The translations under genes and the position numbers were made by a program. DNA of 64,000 nucleotides from an uncultured Planctomycetota bacterium (GTDB taxonomy: Bacteria; Planctomycetota; Planctomycetia; Isosphaerales; Isosphaeraceae). Where the stretch lies: the NCBI GenBank assembly GCA_963737655.1, contig CAVTTN010000002.1, positions 2,880,001 to 2,944,000 of the forward strand, in the 5' to 3' direction. Each line of letters opens with the position of its first letter. The first letter of the stretch is position 1. This document shows, in pieces, positions 35,332-45,902 of this stretch. A model generated the notes under the pieces. That model searched no databases and was not told the origin of the DNA. It saw nothing but the letters and a program-made list of their open reading frames with translations.

Positions 35332-37659
35332 TTAACGACCCAGGGCGGGGCTGGACGCGACGTCCTCCTCGTGGGCCGCGCCGTTGGCGCCGACGACCTG
35401 ACGGATCATGACGTTCAGGGTGCGGAACTCGATCGGCTTGGTCAGGTGGGCGTTGAAGCCGGCTTCCCGGCATTTGACCACGTCGTCATCCTGGCCGAAT
35501 CCGGTCAGGGCGATGGCCGGGATCGCGGTCCGGTCTCGGAGGGCGCGGATCAGGCCGAGGCCGTCGCCGTCGGGCAATCCGATGTCGCTGATGAGCAGGT
35601 CCAGAGGTGCGGGAGAGGCGTCGGCGGCGGCCAGGGCGGCGTCCACGCCGTCGGCCGGGATGACCTCGTGGCCCAGGCGGCGGAGGAGGCGGGTCAGGAC
35701 GCTCAGGGTGGCCGGGTCGTCCTCGACCAGGAGGATCCGGAGGGGCGCCCCGGGGCCGATCACGGCCGGCCGGGGCTCGATCGGCGCGGGCAGGGCGGCC
35801 GGCTCGGGGGCGGGGACGGTCGGCAGCTCCAGGCGGAACGTGGCGCCGAGGCCCGGGCCGTCGCTCCGGGCCGAGAGCGTCCCCTGATGCCCGACCACGA
35901 CCGATCGGCTGATCGCCAGGCCCAGGCCCAGGCCGCCGTACTTCCTCGTCCGCGACGAGGTCTCCTCCTGCTCGAAGGCGTCGAAGATCCGGGGCAGGAA
36001 GTCGGGCGCGATGCCGATGCCGGTGTCGGCGACCTCGATCACGATCCGGTCCTCGGGGCCGTCCCACGAGCGAAGGGTGATCGTCCCGCCGCGAGGGGTG
36101 AACTTCACCGCGTTCTTGATGAGGTTCCAGAGCACTTGCTGGAGCCTCGCCGGGTCGGCCGAGACGAACCGGGAGCGCGCGTGAAGCTCCAGGACCGCCG
36201 AGAGGCCGGACTTCTCCACGTCGCCCCGGCAGATCTCCAGGGCGCGGCCGACCAGTTCGTGGGCGTCCACCGGCTCGAGCTGGAAGGACATCTTGCCGGT
36301 GGCCACGCGGGTCAGGTCGAGCAGGTCCTCGATCAATCGCGCCTCCAGGGCGACGTTGCGGCGGACCATCTCGAGGACGGGCCGGACGTCTCCGGGGGGG
36401 CCGGGCTCGTCCAGCCATTCGGAGACGGCCAGGAGGACCGGGGTCAGCGGGGTCCTCAGCTCGTGGCTGAGGACGGCGAGGAAGCGGTCCTTGGCGAGGC
36501 TGGCGGCCTCGGCGGCCTCCTCCGCGCGCTTCTGGTCGTCGATGTCGGTGCAGGTGCCGTACCAGCGGACGATCGCCCCGGCCTCGTCGCGGACCGGCAG
36601 GGCCCGGGCCAGGTGCCATCGGTAGCCGCCCCGGTGCCGGTCCAGCAGGCGGTACTGCGCCTGGTACGGCTCGCCGGTCCTCACCGAATCGCCCCAGGAC
36701 TCGAGCGAGGGCCGGGCGTCGTCGGGGTGGAGCAGGCGGCCCCAGTCCTCGACCGTCCCGCCGTGCTCGGGGGCGATCCCGGTGTACTCGAACCACCGGC
36801 GGTTGTAGTAATCGATCTCGCCGTCGGGCCCGGCGGCCCAGACGATCTGGGGCATGGAGTCGGCCAGGGCCCTCAGGAGGTGCTCGCTGCGGCGGAGGGC
36901 CTGCTCGGCGCTCACCCGGTCGGAGACGTCCAGGGAGATCCCGCCGACGAACCGGCCTTCGACCAGGTCCAGGGGGAACTTCAGGGTCATCCAGTGGCGA
37001 TCCTCGAAGCTCTCCAGGACCTCGACCGTGCCGTCGGACTCGAGCGATCGGCGGTCGCTGGCGAGGAACGTCCGGGCCGCCGGCTCGGGCCAGAGCGTCA
37101 GGTCATCGCGGCCGATCAGGGACTCGGCCGGGGCCTCGAACTGCTGGGCCCAGGCCGGGTTGCCCCAGAGGTAGCGTCCCGAGGTGTCCTTGATGAAGGC
37201 GATGGCCGGGGAGTGGTCCATGAAGGCCCGGAACCTCGCCTCGCTGGCGCGGAGGTCGGCCTCGATCCTCTGACGCTCGGCGACCTCCCGGCGGAGGTCG
37301 TCCTGCCCCCGGATCGCCCGTTTCCTCGCGTCGTGGAGCGCCCCGCCCAGCAAGGCGGACGTCCCGGCCACGACCAGATAGGAGCCCAGGGAAAACTGAT
37401 GCTTCCGCGACGAAAGGGCGAAGGTGTAGGCCGGCGCCATGAAGAAGAACGTCGCGCTGAGGCCGCCCAGGATCAGCGACACCATGCCCGGTCCCGGGCC
37501 GCTCAGGAGCGCGACGACCGTCGTGGCCAGGTAGAAGAACGCCAGGGGCTGGGTGTCCCCCAACCACCTGGTCAGAGACATCCGAACCAGCGTGGCCAGG
37601 ACGACCCCCAAGATGGCCCCGCCATAGCGAACAACTCGGGTTCCCCGCCTCTCGCCCAT
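35332..37659 (-). CDS. Hybrid sensor histidine kinase (DUF4118-like TM region, 2 PAS, HisKA, HATPase, receiver)
   Basis: LSHELRTPL, NLIKNAVKFT, DTGIGI, GLGLGLAI, LLVEDD, SDIGLPDGDG, HLTKP. Confidence 0.93.
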   Translation of the reverse strand: MGERRGTRVVRYGGAILGVVLATLVRMSLTRWLGDTQPLAFFYLATTVVALLSGPGPGMVSLILGGLSATFFFMAPAYTFALSSRKHQFSLGSYLVVAGTSALLGGALHDARKRAIRGQDDLRREVAERQRIEADLRASEARFRAFMDHSPAIAFIKDTSGRYLWGNPAWAQQFEAPAESLIGRDDLTLWPEPAARTFLASDRRSLESDGTVEVLESFEDRHWMTLKFPLDLVEGRFVGGISLDVSDRVSAEQALRRSEHLLRALADSMPQIVWAAGPDGEIDYYNRRWFEYTGIAPEHGGTVEDWGRLLHPDDARPSLESWGDSVRTGEPYQAQYRLLDRHRGGYRWHLARALPVRDEAGAIVRWYGTCTDIDDQKRAEEAAEAASLAKDRFLAVLSHELRTPLTPVLLAVSEWLDEPGPPGDVRPVLEMVRRNVALEARLIEDLLDLTRVATGKMSFQLEPVDAHELVGRALEICRGDVEKSGLSAVLELHARSRFVSADPARLQQVLWNLIKNAVKFTPRGGTITLRSWDGPEDRIVIEVADTGIGIAPDFLPRIFDAFEQEETSSRTRKYGGLGLGLAISRSVVVGHQGTLSARSDGPGLGATFRLELPTVPAPEPAALPAPIEPRPAVIGPGAPLRILLVEDDPATLSVLTRLLRRLGHEVIPADGVDAALAAADASPAPLDLLISDIGLPDGDGLGLIRALRDRTAIPAIALTGFGQDDDVVKCREAGFNAHLTKPIEFRTLNVMIRQVVGANGAAHEEDVASSPALGR

Positions 37660-37777
37660 GATCGCCGGACTCCTGCCGTCGCCGCCTCGCGACCCCGCCT
37701 CGTTTGCTTCAAGCGCCTCGAACGCGATGACCGGGGGGATTCGCGAGATCGTCGGCTCGGGTCGGCCGACGGGGGGG

Positions 37778-38444
37778 TCAGCCCTGGGGTGTGGTCCCGA
37801 GCACCACGTCGAACTTCGCGGCCAGCTCGCCCAGCGACGAGCCGGGCAGGGGCGCGAAGTCCACCGTTACGGACTCCCGGGCCTTCGGGTCGCGGATGCC
37901 CCGATAGACCCCGTCCCTGGCGTTCGAGGCCTCTCCCTTGACGTAGCACTGGGTCGTCAGGGAGCTCCTTGCCCCCCTTGCGGATCTTCACGTGGATGTG
38001 CGGGCAGCGGCCGGGATAGGGCACCGGCTTGATCGTCCGGAAGTAGTATTCGCCGGTCGAGCCGGTCAGGAACCGGCCGAAGCCCTGGAAGTTCTTGTCG
38101 TGCTTGGCGTGGTTGGGGTCGGCGGTGTGGATGTAGGCGCCTTCGTGATCGACCTGCCAGATCTCGACCAGGGCGTTGCGGACCGGCTGCCCCTGGGGGT
38201 CGAGGATCGTCCCGCCGAGGTGGGTGACCTCGCCCACGGCCGGGGTCAGCGCGTCGTTGAGGATCAGGAGGTCATTGTCCGTGTCGAGCGGGAGCTTGTT
38301 GGGGTAGAACGGCCCCTCGGTCTGCCGGGGGGTCCGGGTCAGCTCGTCGGCGAACGCGCCGGGGACGTTCAGGGCGGCGGCGCCCAGGGCCAGGCCGCCG
38401 AGGAACCGGCGGCGAGACGGCAGGATCAGCGAGGGATGGTCCAC
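37778..38444 (-). CDS. Tat-signal intradiol ring-cleavage dioxygenase (protocatechuate 3,4-dioxygenase-like); apparent frameshift at ~37960
   Basis: SRRRFL, TEGPFYP, EIWQVD..GAY, FRTIKPVPY, RCPHIH; TTQCYV continues in another frame. Confidence 0.82.
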
Positions 38445-38712
38445 GGGCGGCCTCGGAGGGTTGGGAGGGACGATCTGCCTCGACCCGGCCCCGGAGGCCG
38501 GGAACCCTGCGCCGATCCGAGCGAGGATCATCGGGCCGTCGCCGCTCGTCCCATCCCTCGGGCGAGCGAGGGATTATCATAACGGATCGACGCGACGACA
38601 CGCCAGAGCGTTCCTCGACGAGGCGGAAGGGGCGATACCCTCCGACGTCTATGGTAAACTGTGCCGCCCGCTCTTACCATCGCCTCGTCCCCGAAGTTCC
38701 GAGCCTCCCGAA

Positions 38713-39798
38713 ATGCCCGCCATGCCCGCCGACCTCGGCTACCGGATGCCCGCCGAGTGGGAAGCTCACGCCTCGACCTGGATCGCCTGGCCCCACAACC
38801 GGGGCGACTGGCCCGGCAAGTTCGGCCCGATCCCCTGGGCCTTCGCCGAGATCGTCCGCCTGATCGCCCGATCCGAGCCGGTGGACCTGATCGTCCCGGG
38901 CCGGAAGGCCGAGGGCCGCGCCCGGACGATCCTGGAGAAAGCCGGCGCCGACCTCGAACGCATCCGGTTCCACCGGGTCAAGACCGATCGCGTCTGGATG
39001 AGAGATACCGGCCCGAGCTTCGTCGTCCGAGACGCCTCGTCCTCCGACGACGGCGATCGCCTGGCCGCCATCGACTGGCGGTTCAACGCCTGGGCGAAAT
39101 ACGACGACTTCCACCGCGATGACCGCGTGGCCCGGACCATCGCCCGATCCCTGGACATCCCCCGGTGGAAGCCGACCGCGAGCGTCGAGGGCGGCGAGCC
39201 GATCCGGATCGTCCTGGAAGGCGGGGCCATCGACGTCAACGGCCTCGGCACCCTCCTGACCACCGAGGAATGCCTCCTGAGCGACGTCCAGGCTCGCAAT
39301 CCCGGGCTCGATCGCGAGGCCCTCGAACGGGCGTTCGCCGAGTACCTGGGTGCCCGTCACACGATCTGGCTCGATCGCGGGATCGTCGGCGACGACACCC
39401 ACGGCCACGTGGACGACATCGCCCGGTTCGTCGGCCCGAGGACCGTGGCGGCCGTGGTCGAGGACGACCCATCCGACCCCAACCACGCGATCCTCCGGGA
39501 GAACCTCGAACGGCTCCACAAGGCCACCGATCAGGACGGCCGCCCCCTGGAAGTCGTCCCCCTGCCGATGCCCCGGCCGGTGATTTTCGACGGCCAGAGG
39601 CTCCCGGCCAGTTACGCCAACTTCCTGATCGGGAATCGCGCGGTGCTGGTCCCGACGTTCCACGACCCGGCCGACCGCCAGGCCCTGGAAATCCTGGCCC
39701 GACTGTTCCCGGATCGCGAGGTCGTGGGCGTCCACGCGGTCGATCTGGTCTGGGGGCTCGGCACGATCCACTGCCTGAGCCGGGAACAGCCGGCGTGA
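38713..39798 (+). CDS. Agmatine deiminase family protein
   Basis: RMPAEWE, WMRDTGP, FNAW, LEGG, DDTHGHVD, ASYANF, GTIHC. Confidence 0.93.
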   Translation: MPAMPADLGYRMPAEWEAHASTWIAWPHNRGDWPGKFGPIPWAFAEIVRLIARSEPVDLIVPGRKAEGRARTILEKAGADLERIRFHRVKTDRVWMRDTGPSFVVRDASSSDDGDRLAAIDWRFNAWAKYDDFHRDDRVARTIARSLDIPRWKPTASVEGGEPIRIVLEGGAIDVNGLGTLLTTEECLLSDVQARNPGLDREALERAFAEYLGARHTIWLDRGIVGDDTHGHVDDIARFVGPRTVAAVVEDDPSDPNHAILRENLERLHKATDQDGRPLEVVPLPMPRPVIFDGQRLPASYANFLIGNRAVLVPTFHDPADRQALEILARLFPDREVVGVHAVDLVWGLGTIHCLSREQPA

Positions 39799-39801
39799 CG
39801 G

Positions 39802-39867
39802 CGGGGAGCGAAACGGGGATGGGCTCCGGGTCGACTCGCCCGGTGCCCGTCCCCGTTTCGCTCCCCG
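39802..39867. repeat. Inverted-repeat element / bidirectional terminator between convergent genes
   Basis: cggggagcgaaacgggga ... tccccgtttcgctccccg. Confidence 0.7.
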
Positions 39868-39877
39868 GATGTCGCGA

Positions 39878-41032
39878 TCAACCCTTGCCCTGGGCGAGCA
39901 ATTTCTCGCGCTTGGCCTTGATCGTGGCCATCAGCGAGTCGAACGACTTCGAGAAGCTGGCCACGCCCTCGCGGAGGAGCAGGTCGGTCACCTCGTGGAG
40001 GCTGATGCCGAGCTCGCCGAGGAGCTGGACCTGCTTCTTCGCGCCGTCCATGTCCTCGGTCAGGCTGGGGCGGACCCGGGCGTGGTCCCGGGCGGCTTCG
40101 AGGGTCTGCGGGGGCATCGTGCTGACGGTGTCGGGCCCGATGAGTTCGTCGATGTACAGCGTGTCCGGGTACTTCGGGTTCTTCGTGCCGACGGAGGCCC
40201 ACAGGACCCTCTGGACCTTCGCGCCCTTGGCCTTCAGCGCGAGGAAGTCGTCGGAGGTGAAGATCTTCTGGAACTCGGCGTAGGCGTTCTTGGCGTTGGC
40301 GATGGCGATCTTGCCTTCGAGCCCTTCGAGCTGGGCCTTGACCGTCGGGTCGGTCTCGCCCTGGAGCTTCGCCTCGATCCTCTTGTCCACCTCGGTATCG
40401 ATCCGGGAGACGAAGAAGCTGGCGACCGAGGAGATCCGATCGACGGGCAGGCCGGCGTCGTCCCGCTTCTTCAGGGCCCGGACGTAGGCGTGGGCGACCT
40501 TCACGTACGCCTCGATGCTGAACAGGAGCGTGACGTTGACGTTGATCCCCGAGGCCAGCGTCTCCTCGATCGCGGCGAGCCCCTCGGGCGTCCCCGGGAT
40601 CTTGATCATCGCGTTGGGCCGGTCCAGCTTGTCCCAGAGGATCTTGGCCTCGGCGATCGTCCCCTGGGTGTCGTGCGCCAGGTACGGCGAGACTTCCAGG
40701 CTGACGAAACCGTGCTCGCCCTGGGTCTGGTCATACAGGGGGCGGAAGAGGTCCAGGGCGTCCTGGATGTCCGCGACCGTCAGCTCCTGATAGATCGCGT
40801 CGGCGTCCCCGCCCTTGGTCACGGCCCTCTTGATGGCCTCGTCGTAGTCGGCGCTGTGGCCGATGGCCTTCTCGAAAATCGTCGGGTTGGACGTGACCCC
40901 CTGGAGGCCGTCCTCGTCGATCAGGCGATGGAGCTCGCCGGAATTGAGGATCTCTCGGCTGATGTTGTCCAGCCACACACTCTGGCCCAACGCCTGGAGT
41001 TCGGCCAGATGGGACTTGGTGACGGTGGCCAT
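39878..41032 (-). CDS. tal: Transaldolase
   Basis: GQSVWLDN, GVTSNPTIF, VSLEVSP, MIKIP, NVTLLFS, SVASFFVSRID, LWASVGTKNP. Confidence 0.95.
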   Translation of the reverse strand: MATVTKSHLAELQALGQSVWLDNISREILNSGELHRLIDEDGLQGVTSNPTIFEKAIGHSADYDEAIKRAVTKGGDADAIYQELTVADIQDALDLFRPLYDQTQGEHGFVSLEVSPYLAHDTQGTIAEAKILWDKLDRPNAMIKIPGTPEGLAAIEETLASGINVNVTLLFSIEAYVKVAHAYVRALKKRDDAGLPVDRISSVASFFVSRIDTEVDKRIEAKLQGETDPTVKAQLEGLEGKIAIANAKNAYAEFQKIFTSDDFLALKAKGAKVQRVLWASVGTKNPKYPDTLYIDELIGPDTVSTMPPQTLEAARDHARVRPSLTEDMDGAKKQVQLLGELGISLHEVTDLLLREGVASFSKSFDSLMATIKAKREKLLAQGKG

Positions 41033-41382
41033 GGCGTGGCTCCGAAGGCTCTCGCGACGGGGCCGAAGCCCCTCCGGCGACGACCCCCGCCGCCGTCTCA
41101 CCTCCGATCCTAACCGATCTCCGCCCTCACCGCGAGCCACCGGCCGGGCCAGATTCGGTCGCCCGGCACCATCGGCCGAGATCGGAGACGGGCTCGCCCC
41201 GGTCCCGGCCCCGCGGAGAGACGCGGAATCGGCCCGGATTGGCCAAGCCAGATCCGCCGGTTCTCGCTAGAGTATCGGCCGACGGCCGCCATCCCCCTTG
41301 CGGGTGCGTGCATGATTGCATAAGATGGTGATCGCGGCCGAGGTTCGCCGTTGGGGTGGGCGACGGATCAGGGAGAGAGACC

Positions 41383-42354
41383 ATGAAGACGGATCGCAGG
41401 CGACGGACGATGGTCGTGGAGGGGTTGGAGGGGCGAGTGGTCCTCAGCGGGGGGTTGTTCTCCGGGCTCGGGGCCAATTCGACCGCCTATCAGGACGCCC
41501 AGCAGGTCCAGGCCGCCTTCTCGGCCTTCCGCTCGGCGTACAGCCAGGATTACCGGACGATCCTCTATGGCGCCGCGGCCGACGGCTCGATCAACCCGAC
41601 GACCAACCGGCCGGCGTTCGACGCCCAGGTCGGCGCCGACCTGGCGACCCTGAACGCCTCGATCGCCCGATCGGTGGCGAACCTGGCCGACGGCCCGACG
41701 CTGGCCTCCACGTTCTCGGGGGAAATCCTGGGCTCGGGCGTCGATTCGCTCCAGACCCAGCTCAAGGCCGTGCCGACCCCTTCGGGCGTGTTCAACCGGA
41801 CCAACAAGGTGTTCAACTCCGAGTCCGCCGGGTCGATCGCCATCACCCAGAACGCGATCGTCCGGCAGGTCCGCTCCGACAACTCGGGCTCGGGGACCAC
41901 GCATCCGGCGGCCTCGGTCAGCCTGGCCGACGTGATCCAGGACCTCAAGGCGGTCAAGACCGCCTACAACCGCTTCCAGTTGAACTACACCTACGACACC
42001 AAGAACATCCTGTACACCCGGGGCACGGACCTGAAGGTGAACACGACGATCAACCGGCCGTCGTTCGACGTCCAGGTGATGCACGACCTGGCGACCCTGA
42101 ATACCGAGGTCGCCGACGCCTTCTCGAACCTGCCCGCCAATAGCAGCCTGCTCGCCCAGGTGCAATCCTCGATCCTCGGGACGGGCAGCGGCAGCCTCCA
42201 GGGCCAGTTACTGGCGTTGACCACGCCGTCGGCCCCGCAGACCAGCTCGGCTCACGTCTTCAACTTCAATTCCTCGACCACGATCGACGCCTCTCACGCG
42301 ACGATCGCGGCCGAGGTCATGAAATACTACCTCGCGGCCAAGACCAGCCTGTAA
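41383..42354 (+). CDS. Planctomycete-type secreted protein with two internal repeats
   Basis: RRR..VEGLEGRVVLS signal motif; NRPAFDAQV..DLATLN / NRPSFDVQV..DLATLN. Confidence 0.8.
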   Translation: MKTDRRRRTMVVEGLEGRVVLSGGLFSGLGANSTAYQDAQQVQAAFSAFRSAYSQDYRTILYGAAADGSINPTTNRPAFDAQVGADLATLNASIARSVANLADGPTLASTFSGEILGSGVDSLQTQLKAVPTPSGVFNRTNKVFNSESAGSIAITQNAIVRQVRSDNSGSGTTHPAASVSLADVIQDLKAVKTAYNRFQLNYTYDTKNILYTRGTDLKVNTTINRPSFDVQVMHDLATLNTEVADAFSNLPANSSLLAQVQSSILGTGSGSLQGQLLALTTPSAPQTSSAHVFNFNSSTTIDASHATIAAEVMKYYLAAKTSL

Positions 42355-42407
42355 CCCGAATCGGGCCGCTCCCGGGATGGCCGGCAACCCGGGACGCGGC
42401 CGGGTCC

Positions 42408-43607
42408 TTACTTCGACAGGTTCTCGAACAGGTAAAGCCCGCTCTTGCCGGGGCAGAGCAGGTCGATGTCGCCGTCGCCGTCGATGTCGATGGCGGTCAT
42501 CTCGAGGCCGGTGCCGGCGGTCCCGGGGGGGAAGTCCTTCTGGGCGTCGCGCTTGCCGCCTTCCTTCGGGGCGTCCTTGGCGGCCTCCCCGGTGAAGATC
42601 GGGTGCTTCTTCCAGGACTTCGACTCCTTGTCGAAGGTGTAATAGGTCACCTGGGGCGCCTCGACGTCTCCGGGCTCGACCTCGTGGGCGTACACGCGCT
42701 TGCCGGTGACGAGCTCGTCCTTCTTGCCGTCGCCGTCGAGGTCCGCCCAGAGCAGGGTGTGGACCGAGGACTGGGTGTCGTCGATCACCATCGGCTTGGA
42801 CCACGTCCGCTCGCCTCCCGAGCCTTTCTCCTGCTTGACCCACATCAGGTTGCGGGCGTGGCCCATCCCGTAGACGAGGTCGGCCAGGCCGTCGCCATCG
42901 ACGTCCTTGCCGAGGATCTGGATGCCCGTGGCGCCGAGGTTGAACTCGGGGTGCCACTTCCAGCCGGCCGGGGAGTGGTCTTCGGTCGCCTCGAACCAGC
43001 CCTTGGGCGTGATCAGGTCGAGCTTGCCGTCGCCGTTGACGTCCCCGGTGCCCACGCCGTGGCTGGCGGCGGCGGTGCCCAGGTCATACTTCTTCCACTT
43101 CGGCTCCGGGCCGGCCTTCTCCAGCTCGTAGAAGACGACCACGTTCACCGTGTTCGGCAGGATCTCCGGCTTGCCGTCTCCGGTGAGATCGACGGCCACG
43201 GCGGCCTCGCTCGGCCCGGGGAGGTCGATCTCGTGATAGGTCCAGGTCTTGCCGGGCGAGCCCGGGTTCTCGACCCAGCCGATGTTCTTGCCGAAGTACG
43301 AGCAGGACACGAAGTCCATCTTGCCGTCGGCGTTGACGTCCATCGGGATCGTCGAGAAGCAGTTGTAGTACGTGCCGACCTTCTGGACCTCGCGGACGGG
43401 GAACGACTCCTTGAAGTCCGGCCCCTTGTACCAGGTCGTCCCGGAGACGACGTCCAGCTTGCCATCGCCATCGACGTCGAACGCCCCGGCGGCCTCGAAG
43501 ACGCTCCTGGGGTTGATGTCATGCTTCTTCCAGCGGACCTCCGGAGCCGCGGCCAGGGCGGAGGACGTCAAGGCCGCGAGGGCGATCGCGGCAAGAGGGC
43601 GGTTCAT
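42408..43607 (-). CDS. Secreted FG-GAP/VCBS repeat protein
   Basis: Signal peptide; repeated DVDGDG / DVNGDG / DLDGDG / DIDGDGD motifs. Confidence 0.9.
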   Translation of the reverse strand: MNRPLAAIALAALTSSALAAAPEVRWKKHDINPRSVFEAAGAFDVDGDGKLDVVSGTTWYKGPDFKESFPVREVQKVGTYYNCFSTIPMDVNADGKMDFVSCSYFGKNIGWVENPGSPGKTWTYHEIDLPGPSEAAVAVDLTGDGKPEILPNTVNVVVFYELEKAGPEPKWKKYDLGTAAASHGVGTGDVNGDGKLDLITPKGWFEATEDHSPAGWKWHPEFNLGATGIQILGKDVDGDGLADLVYGMGHARNLMWVKQEKGSGGERTWSKPMVIDDTQSSVHTLLWADLDGDGKKDELVTGKRVYAHEVEPGDVEAPQVTYYTFDKESKSWKKHPIFTGEAAKDAPKEGGKRDAQKDFPPGTAGTGLEMTAIDIDGDGDIDLLCPGKSGLYLFENLSK

Positions 43608-43690
43608 GGCGGGTATTCCTCGGTCGGCGGGAAGAGGTCCGATGCAGAAGGCAGAGTAACCGACCCCGAGGCGCCGACCAAGGGGCGTCT

Positions 43691-44168
43691 TCATCGGATC
43701 AGCGTCGCGACGCCGCCGAAGCGAGTCCATCGAGGCGACTTCCCGTCCGGGGCGGCATCCGGGTCGATCCGCAAGCCCGCCTTCTCGTCGAACCAGCCGC
43801 TGTCGCCATGGTCGAGGAAACGCAGGCCGACGCCTTGCTCATCGAGGAAGCGGACCCGGAGCGAGGAGACCCTCCTCGCTCCGAAGGACCAGGGGAGAAC
43901 GATGGAGCGCCGAGTCCTCCCGGACGACCAGTTGTCCTCGAAGGAACTTGAGGACCGCCCCGGGGCTCGCCGTCTGAATCCGGCGATGGAGGCCGATTCG
44001 GGGGTCCGGCTCGGGCACGAAGACCGGCTCGGGCCGCCTCGCCAGGGGCCGGCGTTTCGAGAGTTGGAAAACGATCACCAGGGCCGACAACACCGCCAGC
44101 AGCCCCAACAATCGCCCGAGGCGTCGTCGTCGGCGGATCGGTGTGGAGTGCGGGCCGGGATCGCTCAT
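43691..44168 (-). CDS. Hypothetical membrane-anchored protein, probable frameshift near 43945
   Basis: Basic stretch plus TM helix; a plausible continuation exists in the shifted frame to TGA at 43691. Confidence 0.4.
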
Positions 44169-44329
44169 GGGGATCGTCCCTCCGGAGTTCCGGTTCGCGA
44201 GCCGCCGGGACGAGGCTCGCATATTTCGCCGGCCCGGGCGAATATCATCCCACGGGCCGATCGCGACGGTGCGTTCCGGGAGGTTTCCCGGTCGGGTCCC
44301 GCCGGGTCGTCTCTCGAAGGAGTTCGTCG

Positions 44330-45387
44330 ATGGGTTCCGTGATCCTGCTGGTCTGCCTCCTGGGCGCGGGGCTGTTCTCGGGCTGGGTCGGTCTCCGGGG
44401 GGGACGGAAAACGGGAGAGGACTTCCGCCGCGCCCGATCGCCCTATCTCCTGGGATCGGCCGCGTGCCTCGGGCTCATGGCGCTCCTGGCCGTCTACCGG
44501 TGCGTGGTGGTGGTGCCCCCGGGCAACGTGGGCGTGGCCGTGGTGTTCGGCAAGGTGGTGAACGAGCCTTTGGGGAACGGCATCCACTTCTTGCCCCCCT
44601 GGTACAACCTCGAGATCCTCAACGCCCGGACGCAGTCCTACACCATGAGCCACGTCCACGACGAAGGGTCCAAGGCCGGCGACGACTCGATCGCCGTGCT
44701 GACCTCCAACGGGATGGAGATGAAGCTGGACGTGACCGTGACCTATCGTCTCCTCCCGGCCGCCGCGCCCTGGGTCTATCGCAACCTGGGCGAGGAGTAC
44801 GAGGACCGCCTGATCCGCCCCGGGATCGGCACGGCGATCCGCGAGGCCGTGTCCAAGTTCTCCGACGAGGAGGTCTACGGAGTGAGGCGCGAGCAACTGG
44901 CCGACGGCATGCTCGCCCGCCTGACCAGCTCGCTCCAGAGGACCATCCGGGGCGACTACGCCGACGCCCCGGAGAAGGTTTTTAGCGTGTCCAACGTCCT
45001 GGTCCGCAACATCGCCCTGCCGCCGACGGTCGTCGAGGGGATCAACCGCAAACTCGTGATGAAGCAAGAAAGCGAGAGGATGGAGTTCCAGATCGAGCGC
45101 GATCGCAAGGAAGCCGAGCGCAAGGTGGTCGAGGCGAAGGGAATCCAGGACTCCCAGGCGATCATCGCCAAGGGGATCACGCCCGATTACCTCACCTGGA
45201 AGAGCATCGAGGCCACCGAGATGCTCGCGGCAGCCCCAACGCCAAGATCATCGTCATCGGCAACACCCGCAACGGCCTGCCGATCATGCTCGATCAGTCC
45301 GTCCCGCCGTCGCCCGGGGCGCTCACCGCCGAGGAAAAGGAAGGGAGGCGCAGCGGAGCGACCTCCGGGACGAACAATACGCGGTGA
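44330..45387 (+). CDS. Prohibitin/SPFH (band 7) family membrane protein; apparent frameshift at ~45231
   Basis: AAGGAG RBS; VVVPPGNVGV, GIHFLPPW, EAERKVVEAKGI; SPNAKIIVIG..GLPIML lies in the shifted frame. Confidence 0.85.
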
Positions 45388-45444
45388 CCGAAGGATTCCG
45401 GCAAGTCAGGTCGCCCGGACGCCTCCCAGGGCGTCGGGGCGACG

Positions 45445-45759
45445 CTACTCCTCCAGATCGTCTTCCTGCTCATCCTCGTCCTCATCCACCTCCCAGCCGA
45501 GGCGGCGGGCGGCCGTCTCGACCAGCGTCCGGGACTCGGATTCGGAGGCGTCGTGGACCTCGAAGTTGATCGCCTCGACTGTTGCGCCGCTGAGCACGAC
45601 GTAACCACGAAGCCGGAGCGGCCCGACCTCGATCCAGGCCACTCCGGAACCCTCGGGGACGATCGTCGCCGGGTGGCCGAGCTCCAGGAACGCCAAGGCC
45701 CAGGCGTCCAGCCCGATCGGGGGCGCATCGTGCGACGGGAGGGCGAGAAGCTCGATCAT
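45445..45759 (-). CDS. Hypothetical protein with acidic C-terminus
   Basis: Compact ORF with protein-like composition. Confidence 0.6.
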   Translation of the reverse strand: MIELLALPSHDAPPIGLDAWALAFLELGHPATIVPEGSGVAWIEVGPLRLRGYVVLSGATVEAINFEVHDASESESRTLVETAARRLGWEVDEDEDEQEDDLEE

Positions 45760-45785
45760 CCAGGGTCCTCGGGATCGAAGGATGC

Positions 45786-45888
45786 CTCTCCGGGTGGCAT
45801 GCTCACGGGGACGTGAGCATATCTTCGGTCACGATGGGCAGAAATCCGAAGACATGCTCACGGGGACGTGAGCATGCCACCCGGAGAG
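45786..45888. repeat. REP doublet-like element (GGGTGGCATGCTCACG family)
   Basis: ctctccgggtggcatgctcacg ... cgtgagcatgccacccggagag; each arm carries an internal hairpin atgctcacg-ggga-cgtgagcat. Confidence 0.8.
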
Positions 45889-45902
45889 CATGCGAGTTCT
45901 CG

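Noticed and set aside
34183..37941. 1252-aa plus-strand ORF (and similar long ORFs at 972-2828, 4486-6861, 21103-23355, 26459-29032, 45813-47950, 58851-61256)
   Set aside because: Antisense or alternate-frame shadows of well-supported genes, with Arg/Pro/Gly-rich composition expected in high-GC DNA.
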